Positions 40,437 through 50,289 of a stretch of DNA of 64,000 nucleotides are shown piece by piece. Position 1 is the first letter of the stretch. Each line of letters starts with the position of its first letter. Made by a program: the position numbers and the translations under genes. The stretch is from a virus. Taxonomy: Duplodnaviria > Caudoviricetes. The stretch lies in the IMG/VR virus record IMGVR_UViG_2896201746_000001, positions 48,121-112,120 of that record. One strand, 5' to 3'. The notes under the pieces are model-generated. The model was not told the origin of the DNA, made no database searches, and was given only the letters and a program-made list of their open reading frames with translations.

Positions 40437-40646
40437 ATGATCCAAATGACGGCTGATTCCGTGTTCATTGATTCGCGCGCCGCGGCCGACGACATCAGCG
40501 CGGCCCTGGCGAAGTTCGCCGCTGAGCATGGTCTGAGCTACGACATTGAGACAGCGGAGCACATTGCGTTGGATCTCTTCCCCGGCGGTCTGCCGGAACT
40601 GGCCCGCCAACTGATTCTCGTCTGCAACATCACCCCTCAGAGTTGA
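40437..40646 (+). CDS. Small hypothetical protein
   Basis: Short ORF in an intergenic gap. Confidence 0.4.
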   Translation: MIQMTADSVFIDSRAAADDISAALAKFAAEHGLSYDIETAEHIALDLFPGGLPELARQLILVCNITPQS

Positions 40647-40735
40647 TCTACACCACCGGCGATGAATGATCGTGCGCGGCGGCAGCTTATGCGCGAAGAT
40701 CATTCATCGCTGACAAACACAAAGCAGGTGTGTTT

Positions 40736-41065
40736 ATGACCATCACGATGCCCCTTACCTTCGAGGTCGTCGAGCCGCCCAGGCTCGACCCGGAGAACCG
40801 CCAGTTGATCGGCCATGTCCGGATCAACGGCGTCGATCATCACGTCACGCTGATGCAGGTCGTCGATCTGGCTGCCGCCGAGGAGGACTCGGCCGGCGAG
40901 GATGTCGAGAGCTTCGACACGACCTTCGGCGACCAGGCCCCGGCGCATGAGCACTCCAGCCGGTTCCAGGCGCTGCAGGACTTCGAGAGCACCGGCGAAC
41001 CCTTCCGCACCGTCCCGGTCGATGGCCGGGAATACGTCTGCGTCATCACCCCCTTCACGGCGTGA
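40736..41065 (+). CDS. Hypothetical protein
   Basis: AGGTG RBS after an operator; coupled to the HD gene. Confidence 0.6.
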   Translation: MTITMPLTFEVVEPPRLDPENRQLIGHVRINGVDHHVTLMQVVDLAAAEEDSAGEDVESFDTTFGDQAPAHEHSSRFQALQDFESTGEPFRTVPVDGREYVCVITPFTA

Positions 41066-41625
41066 CGGCCATGGACGGCTTACTCGACACCCGCACCGGT
41101 AGCTTCGTGACCACCGTCTCCGGCCGCCGCTTCTTCCCGCTCGACCCGCGCGTCGAGGACATCTGCATCAACGACATCGCCCACTCGCTCGCCCGGCAGT
41201 GCCGCTACAACGGCCATGTCAGGGCCGGCCACTACTCGGTTGCCGAGCACAGCGTCCTCTGCTCGCTGGTCGTCGACGAGGAGATCGCGCTGCAGGCCCT
41301 GCTCCATGATGCCGCAGAAGCCTACATTGGCGATTTGGTCCGGCCGATGAAGGTGCTGCCGGAGCTGCGCGCGGTCTGGACGCCGATCGAGGAGGGCGTC
41401 GAGCGCGTCATCTCCGAGCGCTTCGGCCTGCCCTTCCCCTGGCATCCGGACGTCAAGCGCGCCGACAACGCGGTGCTGGCCCGGGAGATCCTGGAGATCC
41501 GGCCGGCGACACCCTGGGCACACGAGTGTGCCGAGCTGCCGGCTGACGTCGAGGTGACGGGCTGGCAGCCGGGCTATGCCGAGTGGAAATTCCTCAAGCG
41601 TTTCAACGAGCTTTGTCGCCCCTAA
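41062..41625 (+). CDS. HD-domain 5'-deoxynucleotidase (YfbR/YfdR-like)
   Basis: DIAHSLA, YSVAEHS, LLHDAAEAYIGD. Confidence 0.88.
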   Translation: MTAMDGLLDTRTGSFVTTVSGRRFFPLDPRVEDICINDIAHSLARQCRYNGHVRAGHYSVAEHSVLCSLVVDEEIALQALLHDAAEAYIGDLVRPMKVLPELRAVWTPIEEGVERVISERFGLPFPWHPDVKRADNAVLAREILEIRPATPWAHECAELPADVEVTGWQPGYAEWKFLKRFNELCRP

Positions 41626-41703
41626 CAGTAGATCGCGGACGAAGGAGAGCCTTCAAGAAACCCTTTTAATGAGCTATGCTCCAACCTCAGGGACTCGTCT
41701 GGA

Positions 41704-43521
41704 ATGAAAATGGAAGTTATCCAGTATAGTAAGCGTCAATCTGCGTCGAAAGCAGCAAGCCCGGCAGAAAGTTTGAATGCTGCCCGAGTAATGGCGCGTG
41801 CGCTTTCTGAAGCGACGCCGGAGAGTGATCGGGGATCTCTGGCGCGTTCTTTTTGCCACCGGCTTGTCTCGGCTTGGTGGAGGGCTCTGACGTCTCCTGC
41901 TCATGACCTTGAGCTTCGCCCTTTGTTTGAGCACGAAGAGCTATCGGATCTTCCAGAGCCTGCCGCCGCGTCGGCCGACAGCATCGGCATGGCAGCGGCG
42001 ACTTACGATCCAGAGCGTGCGGCCTACGCTATCGGCCTCATCTACACGGGCATGCTGCCACAAGCCTTTCGGGCTAGTCACGGCATGTACTATACGCCGC
42101 CGGAATTGACAGCCCGTCTGATCGAGCAGGCGACTGTCGCTGGAACGGATTGGGCGCGCTGCAGGGTCTTGGATCCAGCCTGTGGTGGAGGGGCGTTCCT
42201 GGCTCCTGTTGCTCGGAGGATGCTCTCAGAGCTTGAAGGCGTTACCCCGGCCATCGCGATTAAAAATGTGTCAGGCCGGTTGCGTGGCTATGAGATTGAC
42301 CCGTTCGGAGCTTGGCTTTCGCAGGTCACTCTTGACGCCGTGATGCTGCCGATGTGCCGACAGGCAAAGCGGCACATGCCGTTGGTGGTGACAGTTTGCG
42401 ACAGCCTTAAAAGCCGTCCGCCGCGTGAGAGGTTCGACCTAGTTATTGGCAACCCACCCTACGGCAGGGTGAAGCTCTCTCAAGACGAGCGCGCCCGCTT
42501 CCAGCGCAGCCTTTATGGCCATGCCAATCTTTACGGGCTTTTCACCGACATAGCCCTTCAACATGTGCGGGCTGGAGGCGTCATCGCCTATGTCACGCCA
42601 ACGAGTTTTCTGGCTGGAGAATACTTCAAGAATTTGCGTTCTCTGCTCGGCTCCAATGCTCCACCTGTGACGGTGGACTTTATCGCCGTGCGTAAGGGCG
42701 TATTTGAGGACGTTCTTCAAGAAACTCTCCTCGCTACCTATCGCCGGGACGGGAAGGCCACTGGTGCTGAGGTATTCGAGGTTATGCCGAATGGGGAGCA
42801 GGGAATCCGGGCAATCCGCGCCGGCAGCTTCTCCCTACCTGAAGACCAATCTCAGCCCTGGAGGCTGCCGAGAACTCCAGATCAGGCCCCTCTCGTTGAG
42901 CAACTTCAGGTCATGCCACACCGGCTGGCTGACTGGGGCTATGGTGTCAGTACGGGGCCTCTCGTCTGGAATCGACACAAGGAACAACTCTGCAGTGCGA
43001 AGGGCTCCGGACAGCTTCCACTTATCTGGGCCGAAGCAATCACGGCTGATGGGAAGTTCATTTTCCGCGCAGAGAAAAAGAACCATGAGCCTTACTTTAA
43101 GCCGTTGCCGGCAGATGATTGGCTAATTACGCGCACGCCTTGCGTTTTGTTGCAGCGTACGACTGCAAAAGAACAGAGCCGGCGGTTGATTGCCGCCGCT
43201 CTGCCGGCGTCCTTTCTGAAAAAGCACGGCGGAGCCGTGGTGATTGAGAACCACCTCAATATGCTGCGCCCAATGGGTGCAAAACCCAAAGTGTCGGCTG
43301 CTGTTCTAGCTGCTTTCCTGAACAGCGATGCCGCAGACAAGGCTTTCCGCTGCGTCAGCGGCAGCGTCGCAGTATCAGCCTATGAACTCGAGGCTTTGCC
43401 CCTCCCTGATCCGGCATCGCTCAAATCGCTCGCCGAACTAGTGCGCCGTCGGGCCGGAAGAAAGGCCATCGAAGATGAGTGCAATCGACTTTATAACAGA
43501 AAGACGGAAGACAGTGAATGA
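41704..43521 (+). CDS. N6-adenine DNA methyltransferase (gamma class, PstI/BsuBI-type RM)
   Basis: YYTPP, LDPACGGGAFL, IGNPPY, NLYGLF; low-GC island. Confidence 0.92.
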   Translation: MKMEVIQYSKRQSASKAASPAESLNAARVMARALSEATPESDRGSLARSFCHRLVSAWWRALTSPAHDLELRPLFEHEELSDLPEPAAASADSIGMAAATYDPERAAYAIGLIYTGMLPQAFRASHGMYYTPPELTARLIEQATVAGTDWARCRVLDPACGGGAFLAPVARRMLSELEGVTPAIAIKNVSGRLRGYEIDPFGAWLSQVTLDAVMLPMCRQAKRHMPLVVTVCDSLKSRPPRERFDLVIGNPPYGRVKLSQDERARFQRSLYGHANLYGLFTDIALQHVRAGGVIAYVTPTSFLAGEYFKNLRSLLGSNAPPVTVDFIAVRKGVFEDVLQETLLATYRRDGKATGAEVFEVMPNGEQGIRAIRAGSFSLPEDQSQPWRLPRTPDQAPLVEQLQVMPHRLADWGYGVSTGPLVWNRHKEQLCSAKGSGQLPLIWAEAITADGKFIFRAEKKNHEPYFKPLPADDWLITRTPCVLLQRTTAKEQSRRLIAAALPASFLKKHGGAVVIENHLNMLRPMGAKPKVSAAVLAAFLNSDAADKAFRCVSGSVAVSAYELEALPLPDPASLKSLAELVRRRAGRKAIEDECNRLYNRKTEDSE

Positions 43522-44600
43522 GTTTACCTCCTTATGTGTCGCGTAGCATTGTTTCTGAACGCCTCCCGCTGATATTTCCGGAAGGCACTCCAAACAGGAC
43601 CTACTGTATTCGGGAGTTGGCTGCAAGCGCAGTCTTTACTGCTATATACATAGGAGCAGTTGAAGGTGCGGCGCGCTATCTTGGGCCGGTACACGTCTAT
43701 CGGATGACAGAACAGCAGGCAGCGTTGGCCGATTCGGGGAGCCGCGAGGCTTACGCAGCAGGAATCCTGAAGAAGAAATTCCGTGTGCCCGGCGAACGTT
43801 GGTACGCCGATAACACCCGTGAGCCGATCCGTGACGAAACTCTAAGGGATGGATTGGTCGCCGTCGGAGCGGTTCTGCGCCGTGAGGATCTGCCGACCAC
43901 GTCCGGGTTGCCGCGTTATCAACTCAAGGGAAGTTTTGCTGGGCTTTTTGATCCAGCTCTCGAGGGAGAAGGTCTGGAGAAGGCCATTGCTAATTTCCAA
44001 GCAACGCACCTCAGCAAAAGCGCTTTAGCGAGGATATCCATCATTCTTGCTGGAGCTGCTGGGAAAGAGGGTGGAGTTCTTGTCACCTTTCCCAACAAGG
44101 AGACAAGAACGCTGGCTCCGGGGCCAAGCTCAATTATCTCTAAAGACGTTATCGAAGTATTTTCCGCGCACTTCCTTGATAAGCCTGCCGTGCTTTGGTT
44201 GAGCGAAAGCGGAAATAAGGTGGTTGCTAAAGACGATAAACTTGCAGCAGCCATTGGTTTGAAGATAGAGGCTGACAAAAATCTTCCAGATCTGATTCTG
44301 GCGGATCTTGGACCGGCCGACCCGCTCATTGTATTTGTCGAAGTGGTGGCAACAGACGGCGCAATGACCAAAAGGCGAAAGGAAGCTATGCTAGAGTTGA
44401 CGGATGCAGCCGGCTTTCCGCGCACCCAGATCGCCTTTTTAACAGCCTACCAGGACCGGGAGTCCGCTGGATTCAAGAAGACGGTGGCGGGGCTTGCGTG
44501 GGGGTCATTTGCTTGGTTAGTCTCCGAGCCGAAAGGTATTATTCACATGCGTGACGGCGAGACGAGTTTTCGACTCTTGGATGCGGTGATAAAAACATAA
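43518..44600 (+). CDS. BsuBI/PstI-family type II restriction endonuclease
   Basis: NTREPIRDETL, LAPG, LPDLIL..FVEVVATDG.M..RR, LTAY..R..FKK..LAW; overlaps the MTase stop. Confidence 0.85.
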   Translation: MSLPPYVSRSIVSERLPLIFPEGTPNRTYCIRELAASAVFTAIYIGAVEGAARYLGPVHVYRMTEQQAALADSGSREAYAAGILKKKFRVPGERWYADNTREPIRDETLRDGLVAVGAVLRREDLPTTSGLPRYQLKGSFAGLFDPALEGEGLEKAIANFQATHLSKSALARISIILAGAAGKEGGVLVTFPNKETRTLAPGPSSIISKDVIEVFSAHFLDKPAVLWLSESGNKVVAKDDKLAAAIGLKIEADKNLPDLILADLGPADPLIVFVEVVATDGAMTKRRKEAMLELTDAAGFPRTQIAFLTAYQDRESAGFKKTVAGLAWGSFAWLVSEPKGIIHMRDGETSFRLLDAVIKT

Positions 44601-45080
44601 TAGAGATAACCGACTTTGGAGCAGATGCGGTGGTAATGAAATGAGAAAGCTAAAATAAGGCTGGCCAATATCACTATCCTTTATCGAGCTTATAAAATAA
44701 ATCTCCATCATCTTGAGTTGTCAGGAAACCTCCGCTTATGGAATGCTTCCTGGCAACTCAAGATAATATTGAAAATATTCTTTCTGGCTAGTTAGGCTGA
44801 ATGCCGCCCGCAAGCCATCTTTCTGGTTCAGTTCACAGCTAGCGTTGTTTGTGAGTGCCCACTGCGCGTTTCTAGTGTGAGCGTAACTTCGATTCGGTCT
44901 GCGTGGAGAAGGTACAAGTCAAGTCGCTGCGCAAAATCGCCGAAGAGCTGGGCATGTGCCGCAGGCTCCTGGCAAAGCGCATCTGATTTCTTCTCCGTAA
45001 GCGGCGCGCTTTCATTTCCGCGGAAGCGCGCCGCATGCGACTATCATTCATCGCTGATCGACAACGACGAGGAATGAGCG

Positions 45081-45359
45081 ATGAACGTCGAAGCCCTGCA
45101 AGCCGCCCTTCAGCGCGCGATCCGCCTGACTGGCGACGACTTTCACCTCACCCTGACCGGCACCGGCGCATACGTCACCCACTGGACCCGCCCCGCGGCC
45201 GACCTCTTCGAGGACTGCACGGCGGTCGCGAGCGGCAGCATCCCGGAGTGCCTGGCCGCGCTCGATGCCTATGTCGACGTCCTCGTCTCCCAGCGCGCCA
45301 AACCCACGGCTCCCGCCCGCCCGGCCAGCGCCCGGGCGCTCGATGCCGTCTTCGCGTAA
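45081..45359 (+). CDS. Hypothetical protein
   Basis: GAGG RBS after an operator. Confidence 0.6.
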   Translation: MNVEALQAALQRAIRLTGDDFHLTLTGTGAYVTHWTRPAADLFEDCTAVASGSIPECLAALDAYVDVLVSQRAKPTAPARPASARALDAVFA

Positions 45360-45382
45360 TGAGCCAATGGAGCAATAGAGCA

Positions 45383-45613
45383 ATGGCACTCGATCCTGTT
45401 CGCGCAGCCCGCGTCCGTCGCATGCTCCCCGACAAGACAACCTGGCCCGGCACCGTCCTTGCGATGAAGCGCATCGAGGAGGGCTGCATCGTGGAGTTCG
45501 GCGATATCCGCAGTTCCACCGCCCCGTTCTTCATCCACCTCGGTCCCGGCCGCGCGCCGCTGCGCTTCGATACGGTCGACGAGCTGATCGCGGCCGGCTG
45601 GGCGGTGGACTGA
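45383..45613 (+). CDS. Hypothetical protein
   Basis: Start lies within an octamer array; ends ELIAAGWAVD. Confidence 0.55.
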   Translation: MALDPVRAARVRRMLPDKTTWPGTVLAMKRIEEGCIVEFGDIRSSTAPFFIHLGPGRAPLRFDTVDELIAAGWAVD

Positions 45614-45615
45614 CC

Positions 45616-45852
45616 ATGAGCCGCGCCCCCTGGCCCGGCAAGGCCATCACCGGCTACGTCCGGAAGAGCCTGGACGACAAGCCCTGGGACGCCTCCTTCC
45701 AGCCGAAGCCTGACGCGAAGTTCTTCACCGCCCGGCCACGGCCGCTCGAAGACAACGGCTGGAAGGTGCAGTTCGAGGGCCGCTGGTATCCGCTGCGGGG
45801 CGGCATTCACGTCCCGTTCTCGATCCTCCTGAATACGCCGCTATCGCCATGA
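45616..45852 (+). CDS. Hypothetical protein
   Basis: Operonic ORF. Confidence 0.5.
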   Translation: MSRAPWPGKAITGYVRKSLDDKPWDASFQPKPDAKFFTARPRPLEDNGWKVQFEGRWYPLRGGIHVPFSILLNTPLSP

Positions 45853-46358
45853 TCCTCGCCGTCACCGGGCACCGACCCGAGAAGCTGGGCGGCCACTCGC
45901 CGGCGCTACGCCGCAAGCTCGCCGTCTTCGCGTCGTTCCGGCTCCGTCACTTCATCCAGACCCACGGCCGGCCCGACAAGATCATCTCCGGCATGGCGCT
46001 GGGCTGGGATCAGGCAATGGCGATCGCGGCGATCGCCGCCGGCATCCCGCTGGTGGCGGCCGTCCCCTGCGACGCCCAGGATGCGACCTAGCCGGCCGAG
46101 AGCCGCGCCTTCTATCGGATCCTGCTGCACCGCGCCGCCGAGTTTCACGTCATCAGCCCCGGCCCCTACGAGGGCTGGAAGATGAACACCCGCAACGAAT
46201 GGATGGTCGATCACAGCGACCGGCTGCTGGCGCTGTGGGATGGCTCGCAGGGCGGCACTGCGAATTGCGTGCGCTATGCCCGCGGCCTCGGCCGGCCGAT
46301 CGACAACCTCTGGAGCGAATGGGAGAAGTTCACCGATGCTCTTCATGCCGCTGATTGA
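45849..46358 (+). pseudogene. SLOG/YspA (DUF1273-like) protein with internal TAG at 46089-46091
   Basis: AVTGHRP, SGMALGWD, QDAT*PAES, MNTRNEWMVDHSDRLLALWDGSQGGTANCVRYA, all in one frame. Confidence 0.85.
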
Positions 46359-46566
46359 GATTCCGGACCAGCTCGCCGACCGCGTTCAGGCTGCCTTCTA
46401 CCCGGAGAAGCCGCTCAACGAGCGCCAGTTCGCCGTCCGTTCCTACATGGCCGACCGGATCACCGACATGGTCCTGCAGCACATTCCGCTGGTCAGCCGG
46501 GACAGCATGAAATGGGACAACCGCCGCGGCGACGCCGCCGGCGACGGCAAAGTGCTCGCGAGCTGA
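46336..46566 (+). CDS. Hypothetical protein
   Basis: Overlaps the SLOG 3' end; coding-like. Confidence 0.45.
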   Translation: MLFMPLIEIPDQLADRVQAAFYPEKPLNERQFAVRSYMADRITDMVLQHIPLVSRDSMKWDNRRGDAAGDGKVLAS

Positions 46567-46570
46567 GCCG

Positions 46571-46828
46571 ATGGCGGTCGTTCCGCAGGAGGAGCGCCTA
46601 CGGGCGTTCCGGGCGATCGCCCAGGCGCGGCTCCGGCGCTGGCCTGGGCTTGCCGATGCGGCGAGCGACGCCGGCTTCGTCGCCCTCCCGCCGGCCGTGA
46701 AGATGCAGCGCTTGATGGCCGAGGGCGGGCCGTGGTCGAGCTATCGCTTCGGCGATCTGGATCGGCCGGAGCGGGCAATGATCCTCCGGGAGATCGCCGA
46801 GGCGGCCTTCTTCGCCGACGGCTGGTAG
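46571..46828 (+). CDS. Hypothetical protein
   Basis: Operonic ORF. Confidence 0.45.
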   Translation: MAVVPQEERLRAFRAIAQARLRRWPGLADAASDAGFVALPPAVKMQRLMAEGGPWSSYRFGDLDRPERAMILREIAEAAFFADGW

Positions 46829-46937
46829 GCGCTGGCAGATGTGTGCAAGCGAAGCCCTTGACAGGCCGCGGGGATGAAGGCTTCTGCCACGTTCCGTTGG
46901 TGGTAGAGCAACTCGAAATCGCTTGGAGGAGCGAGGT

Positions 46938-47837
46938 ATGCGTGACTTCCTGAAATTCGTGCGGAAGCTGGTGCTGTTCGTTGTCGTGGTCGCCGTCTCG
47001 GCCGTCGTCGGTACGGGGATCGGCGTGAATATGGGCGGCGGGAAGGAGAATCCGGCCGGCTCCGGCCTGGGCGGGCTTTTCGGAATGCTCATCGGTGCCG
47101 CGACGCCGATCGTCATCGTGGTGATCCGGGCAATCCTCCGCCAGCGCCGCAAAGAGCGCGAGATGCGGGAACGGATGGAGTGGGAACGCGACCGCGCCGC
47201 CAGGACCGAAGCTGCCATCGCCCACGTCAACGAGATCGTCCGCACGCATGCCAAGGCGCTCGCCCGGCAGTACCTGACGAAAACCAAGGTGGACGCCTAT
47301 GGGGCGAATGACTTCTCCGCCTGGTTCAAGGAAGAGGATCATTTCGTGGCGCGCGTGCTGTCTCCGCGGCTGTCCGACGAGGAGCTGGAGCTGCTCAACC
47401 GGGCCGACGGGGTGACGCTGAAGGACGTGTTCCTGGAGGCCTTCGACGAAATCGTTCTGGCCGAGGTCGTCGCACTGAAGAATGGCGCGGCCAGCATCGA
47501 GAACATCACCCCGGCCGAGTATGAGCGCCTGTGCGCCCGCCTGCTGGACGAGGCCGGCTGGGATACGAGCGTGACCGGCGCGTCCGGCGACCAGGGTGCC
47601 GACGTCATCGCCACGCTCGGCGGCGAGACGCTGGTCGTCCAGTGCAAGCTCTACAAGCGCCCGGTCGGCAACAAGGCTGTCCAGGAAGCCGCTGCTGCCC
47701 GCACCCACTACCGCGCCACCCATGCCGTCGTCGTCGCCCCGCTCGGCTTCACCCCAGCAGCCCGTGACCTGGCCGCGAGCACCGGCGTCGTGCTGTTGCA
47801 CCATGACGATCTGCCGCAGATCGCCGACCACATTTAG
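46938..47837 (+). CDS. Membrane-anchored Mrr-like restriction endonuclease domain protein
   Basis: Two N-terminal TM helices; EYERLC..GDQGADVI..VQCKLY..VGNKAVQE..FTPAA. Confidence 0.85.
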   Translation: MRDFLKFVRKLVLFVVVVAVSAVVGTGIGVNMGGGKENPAGSGLGGLFGMLIGAATPIVIVVIRAILRQRRKEREMRERMEWERDRAARTEAAIAHVNEIVRTHAKALARQYLTKTKVDAYGANDFSAWFKEEDHFVARVLSPRLSDEELELLNRADGVTLKDVFLEAFDEIVLAEVVALKNGAASIENITPAEYERLCARLLDEAGWDTSVTGASGDQGADVIATLGGETLVVQCKLYKRPVGNKAVQEAAAARTHYRATHAVVVAPLGFTPAARDLAASTGVVLLHHDDLPQIADHI

Positions 47838-48005
47838 AGGAAGAATCAACATATTGTTGCTTTGTCGACTAAATAAGGCATTGATATAATGGGGAAATTA
47901 CAGGGTTGTATCGCTGCCCTTTTGGAGGAGACCCAATTGTTCACTCCCGCCCCCGCTCCTGTTGGGGTAAGTTGATCGGGGTAAACACAACCGAGAGAAC
48001 CGCCC

Positions 48006-48476
48006 GTGGTCCAGCCGCTGCCGCCTCCTTACGAGTTCCGATTCATCGACAAAGATCCGTACCGCATGTGCATGACGGACATCTCGATCGACCTGGAACT
48101 CAACCAGATCATCTCGGCGGCGGCGCTCCTCGATTCCCGGACCAGCGAGCTGCTCCACGGCATTCACGTCTACGACGTGGACCTCGATGACGGCTGGACG
48201 CACTACGACCGGCGAAGGGCAAAGGATGCGTATCATCCCGACGTGAAGCCTGCAGTGCTCGATCTTCTGCACGAGGGCACACGGCTGTTGCTGGAGCGCT
48301 ACAAGCCCCAGCAGGTCGTCTGCCGCACTGAAGAGCCGACGCCCCTCGGCGAATTGCCCGCGCGCTTCCAGGAGACGATCCGCTTCCTGGAGAGCCAGGG
48401 CTATAAGCGGCAATTCCTCTATCAAGACGAAGAGGATCGCTGGCACTGGGAATGCGAACGGCAGGAACTTCCGTAA
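48006..48476 (+). CDS. Hypothetical protein
   Basis: 156-aa ORF with its own AT-rich promoter region. Confidence 0.55.
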   Translation: MVQPLPPPYEFRFIDKDPYRMCMTDISIDLELNQIISAAALLDSRTSELLHGIHVYDVDLDDGWTHYDRRRAKDAYHPDVKPAVLDLLHEGTRLLLERYKPQQVVCRTEEPTPLGELPARFQETIRFLESQGYKRQFLYQDEEDRWHWECERQELP

Positions 48477-48483
48477 TAACACT

Positions 48484-48653
48484 GATTTCCCATAACGCCC
48501 GTATTGCTGATATCAGCGAGGAACTTGGCAATGGCAACCTGATATCAGCGAGGAACTTGGCAAAGGCAACAACCTCACGTGCCCCTGATATCGGCTTGAG
48601 AATCAACCAATTCCCCGATTTCCCATAACGCCCGCATTGCTGATATCGGCGAG
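48484..48653. repeat. Nested direct repeats with GCTGATATCAGC palindromic core
   Basis: 32-bp tandem CTGATATCAGCGAGGAACTTGGCAA(T/A)GGCAAC at 48507/48539; GATTTCCCATAACGCCCG.ATTGCTGATATC.GCGAG at 48484/48617. Confidence 0.85.
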
Positions 48654-48785
48654 AAAATCCGCTAAACCAAGCAAGTCTCGTGAACAACCCTAGCGCTCGC
48701 GTGTTGACCAATGTATCTTATGACGGATCGTCATAGCGATGATACCGCAGCCGTCATGCTGGCTGCTGAACACGAGGAGGCGAAC

Positions 48786-48947
48786 ATGGCCAACGCGCAA
48801 CGTAAGCCCCAGGCGGGCGAGCGCGAAAGCCTGATGGACTACGTGGCTGCACATGATGGCCGTCTGCCGGAACCACTCCGCAGCGCCGTCAACGCATCCT
48901 GCCGCGAAGCCTTCTTCCGCCTGCGTGAGCAACTCCTCGCCAAGTGA
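48786..48947 (+). CDS. Small hypothetical protein
   Basis: GAGGAGG RBS; followed by a terminator. Confidence 0.55.
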   Translation: MANAQRKPQAGERESLMDYVAAHDGRLPEPLRSAVNASCREAFFRLREQLLAK

Positions 48948-48974
48948 TCGTCGCCTTAACCGAAGCCCCATTCG

Positions 48975-49008
48975 AGGCCGGTGAGCGATAACCGCTCCCG
49001 GCCTTTTT
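48975..49008 (+). terminator. Intrinsic terminator
   Basis: AGGCCGG..GAGCG/CGCTC..CCGGCCT plus TTTT. Confidence 0.75.
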
Positions 49009-49774
49009 CATTGCCCACCCGGAAGCCCGCAAACTCCAGGCAAATCAACGCTTCCAGCCCCATAGACGGCCATCTTCCGGTTATCGTGATGGCATTTCCG
49101 ATCACTCCCAGGCAAACAACCTCGCAAACCCATTGTGGATCAATGCGTTAGCCCACGCTCCGCAGAAACAGGCTATCGCCCTAGCCCGATCTGTCGATTC
49201 CGCCTATGGATCACCCCGCAGAAGACAGCCGATTCCGTCTATGTAGACGCCCGGTGAGCGCCAGGAGAGATCACAGCGCATAGCCGCTCGACGACACGCA
49301 GAACGCTTTTGCAGATACGTGCAAGGCGCTCGCAGGATCGCGCTGGATAAGCCCGGAAACGCAAGCGCATCAACGCGAGAGCAGCATGATCGACCGGGCA
49401 TCTCCACGACGCGCCTATGAGCTGCCGGGAATAGCGCGGGGGAGGGCACAGCGCATAGGGAGCGGCTCGTATAGAGGCTCGGGACATAGAAAACACAGGG
49501 TCGTCCAGGAGGCGCGATACGAGGACACGAGGCTACCCGAGAGGTGAGATATGAGGGATGCGACAGGGGGACGGAACTACTCGATAGGCGAGAGGGGTAT
49601 CGCGTCTTTTTGTGAGCCGCGCTCGCCCGGGGGCTGCGGTCCTGTTCATTGAGGCGGCCGGAGCAGGGAATAGCCGGGCGGGTGGAGGCCCTGGGACTTG
49701 CCGCCGGTGGGCCTCAGCCGCTGGGACAGGAGGCTGCTGTTCGGCCTCCTGCCGAGCCGTGGCCAACACCAAGG

Positions 49775-50044
49775 CTATCCACGAGCCGTGCGCCCTGGTT
49801 CATCCTCGTCGACCCGCCAACGCCAATACCGCTCGGGCTTAACCCAAACCACCGTGGTTGGCGTCAGCGCCTGAAAGGCAGCAAGAACCGCCTTGCCGAC
49901 AACCTGATTGCCGTCAGCGTTTTCGGTCAGCAAGTCCTCCCTCTTTGCCTTCACGAGGTAGTCCACCACGTCATCCTGGTAGATGCAGCCTTCGCGCTCG
50001 ATCTGCGCAAGCATCCAAGCCGCGACCGTGGCGGGCGTCATCAT
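49775..50044 (-). CDS. Small conserved hypothetical protein
   Basis: Overlaps the stop of the YodC-like gene; VVWVKPERYWRWR. Confidence 0.6.
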   Translation of the reverse strand: MMTPATVAAWMLAQIEREGCIYQDDVVDYLVKAKREDLLTENADGNQVVGKAVLAAFQALTPTTVVWVKPERYWRWRVDEDEPGRTARG

Positions 50045-50232
50045 TCGGCCTTGGGCGTCGGCTTAATTTCCTCCAACGAGTCGACCGGAAAATGGCCCTG
50101 CTCCAACTTCTTGCCCGCAAACCACTGGGCGTAAAGGAAGCCACCGTCCGTCTTGGTCCTTACTGTCATTTCTGGGCCGCCCGACTTCAGCTTGACAATT
50201 GTGCCGACCGGAAATTGTTTGCTATTGCTCAT
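50041..50232 (-). CDS. YodC/DUF2158-family protein
   Basis: FPVGTIVKLKSGGPEMTV...QWF.G.....F....L. Confidence 0.8.
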   Translation of the reverse strand: MSNSKQFPVGTIVKLKSGGPEMTVRTKTDGGFLYAQWFAGKKLEQGHFPVDSLEEIKPTPKAE

Positions 50233-50289
50233 TTTCCATATTCCTTTTTGAAGGTTGGTGCCTGCACTATACCAAATGTCGCTACAATA

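Noticed and set aside
45849-46358. Genome-wide stop-codon reassignment
   Set aside because: All core genes are intact in the standard code and no suppressor tRNA is seen.
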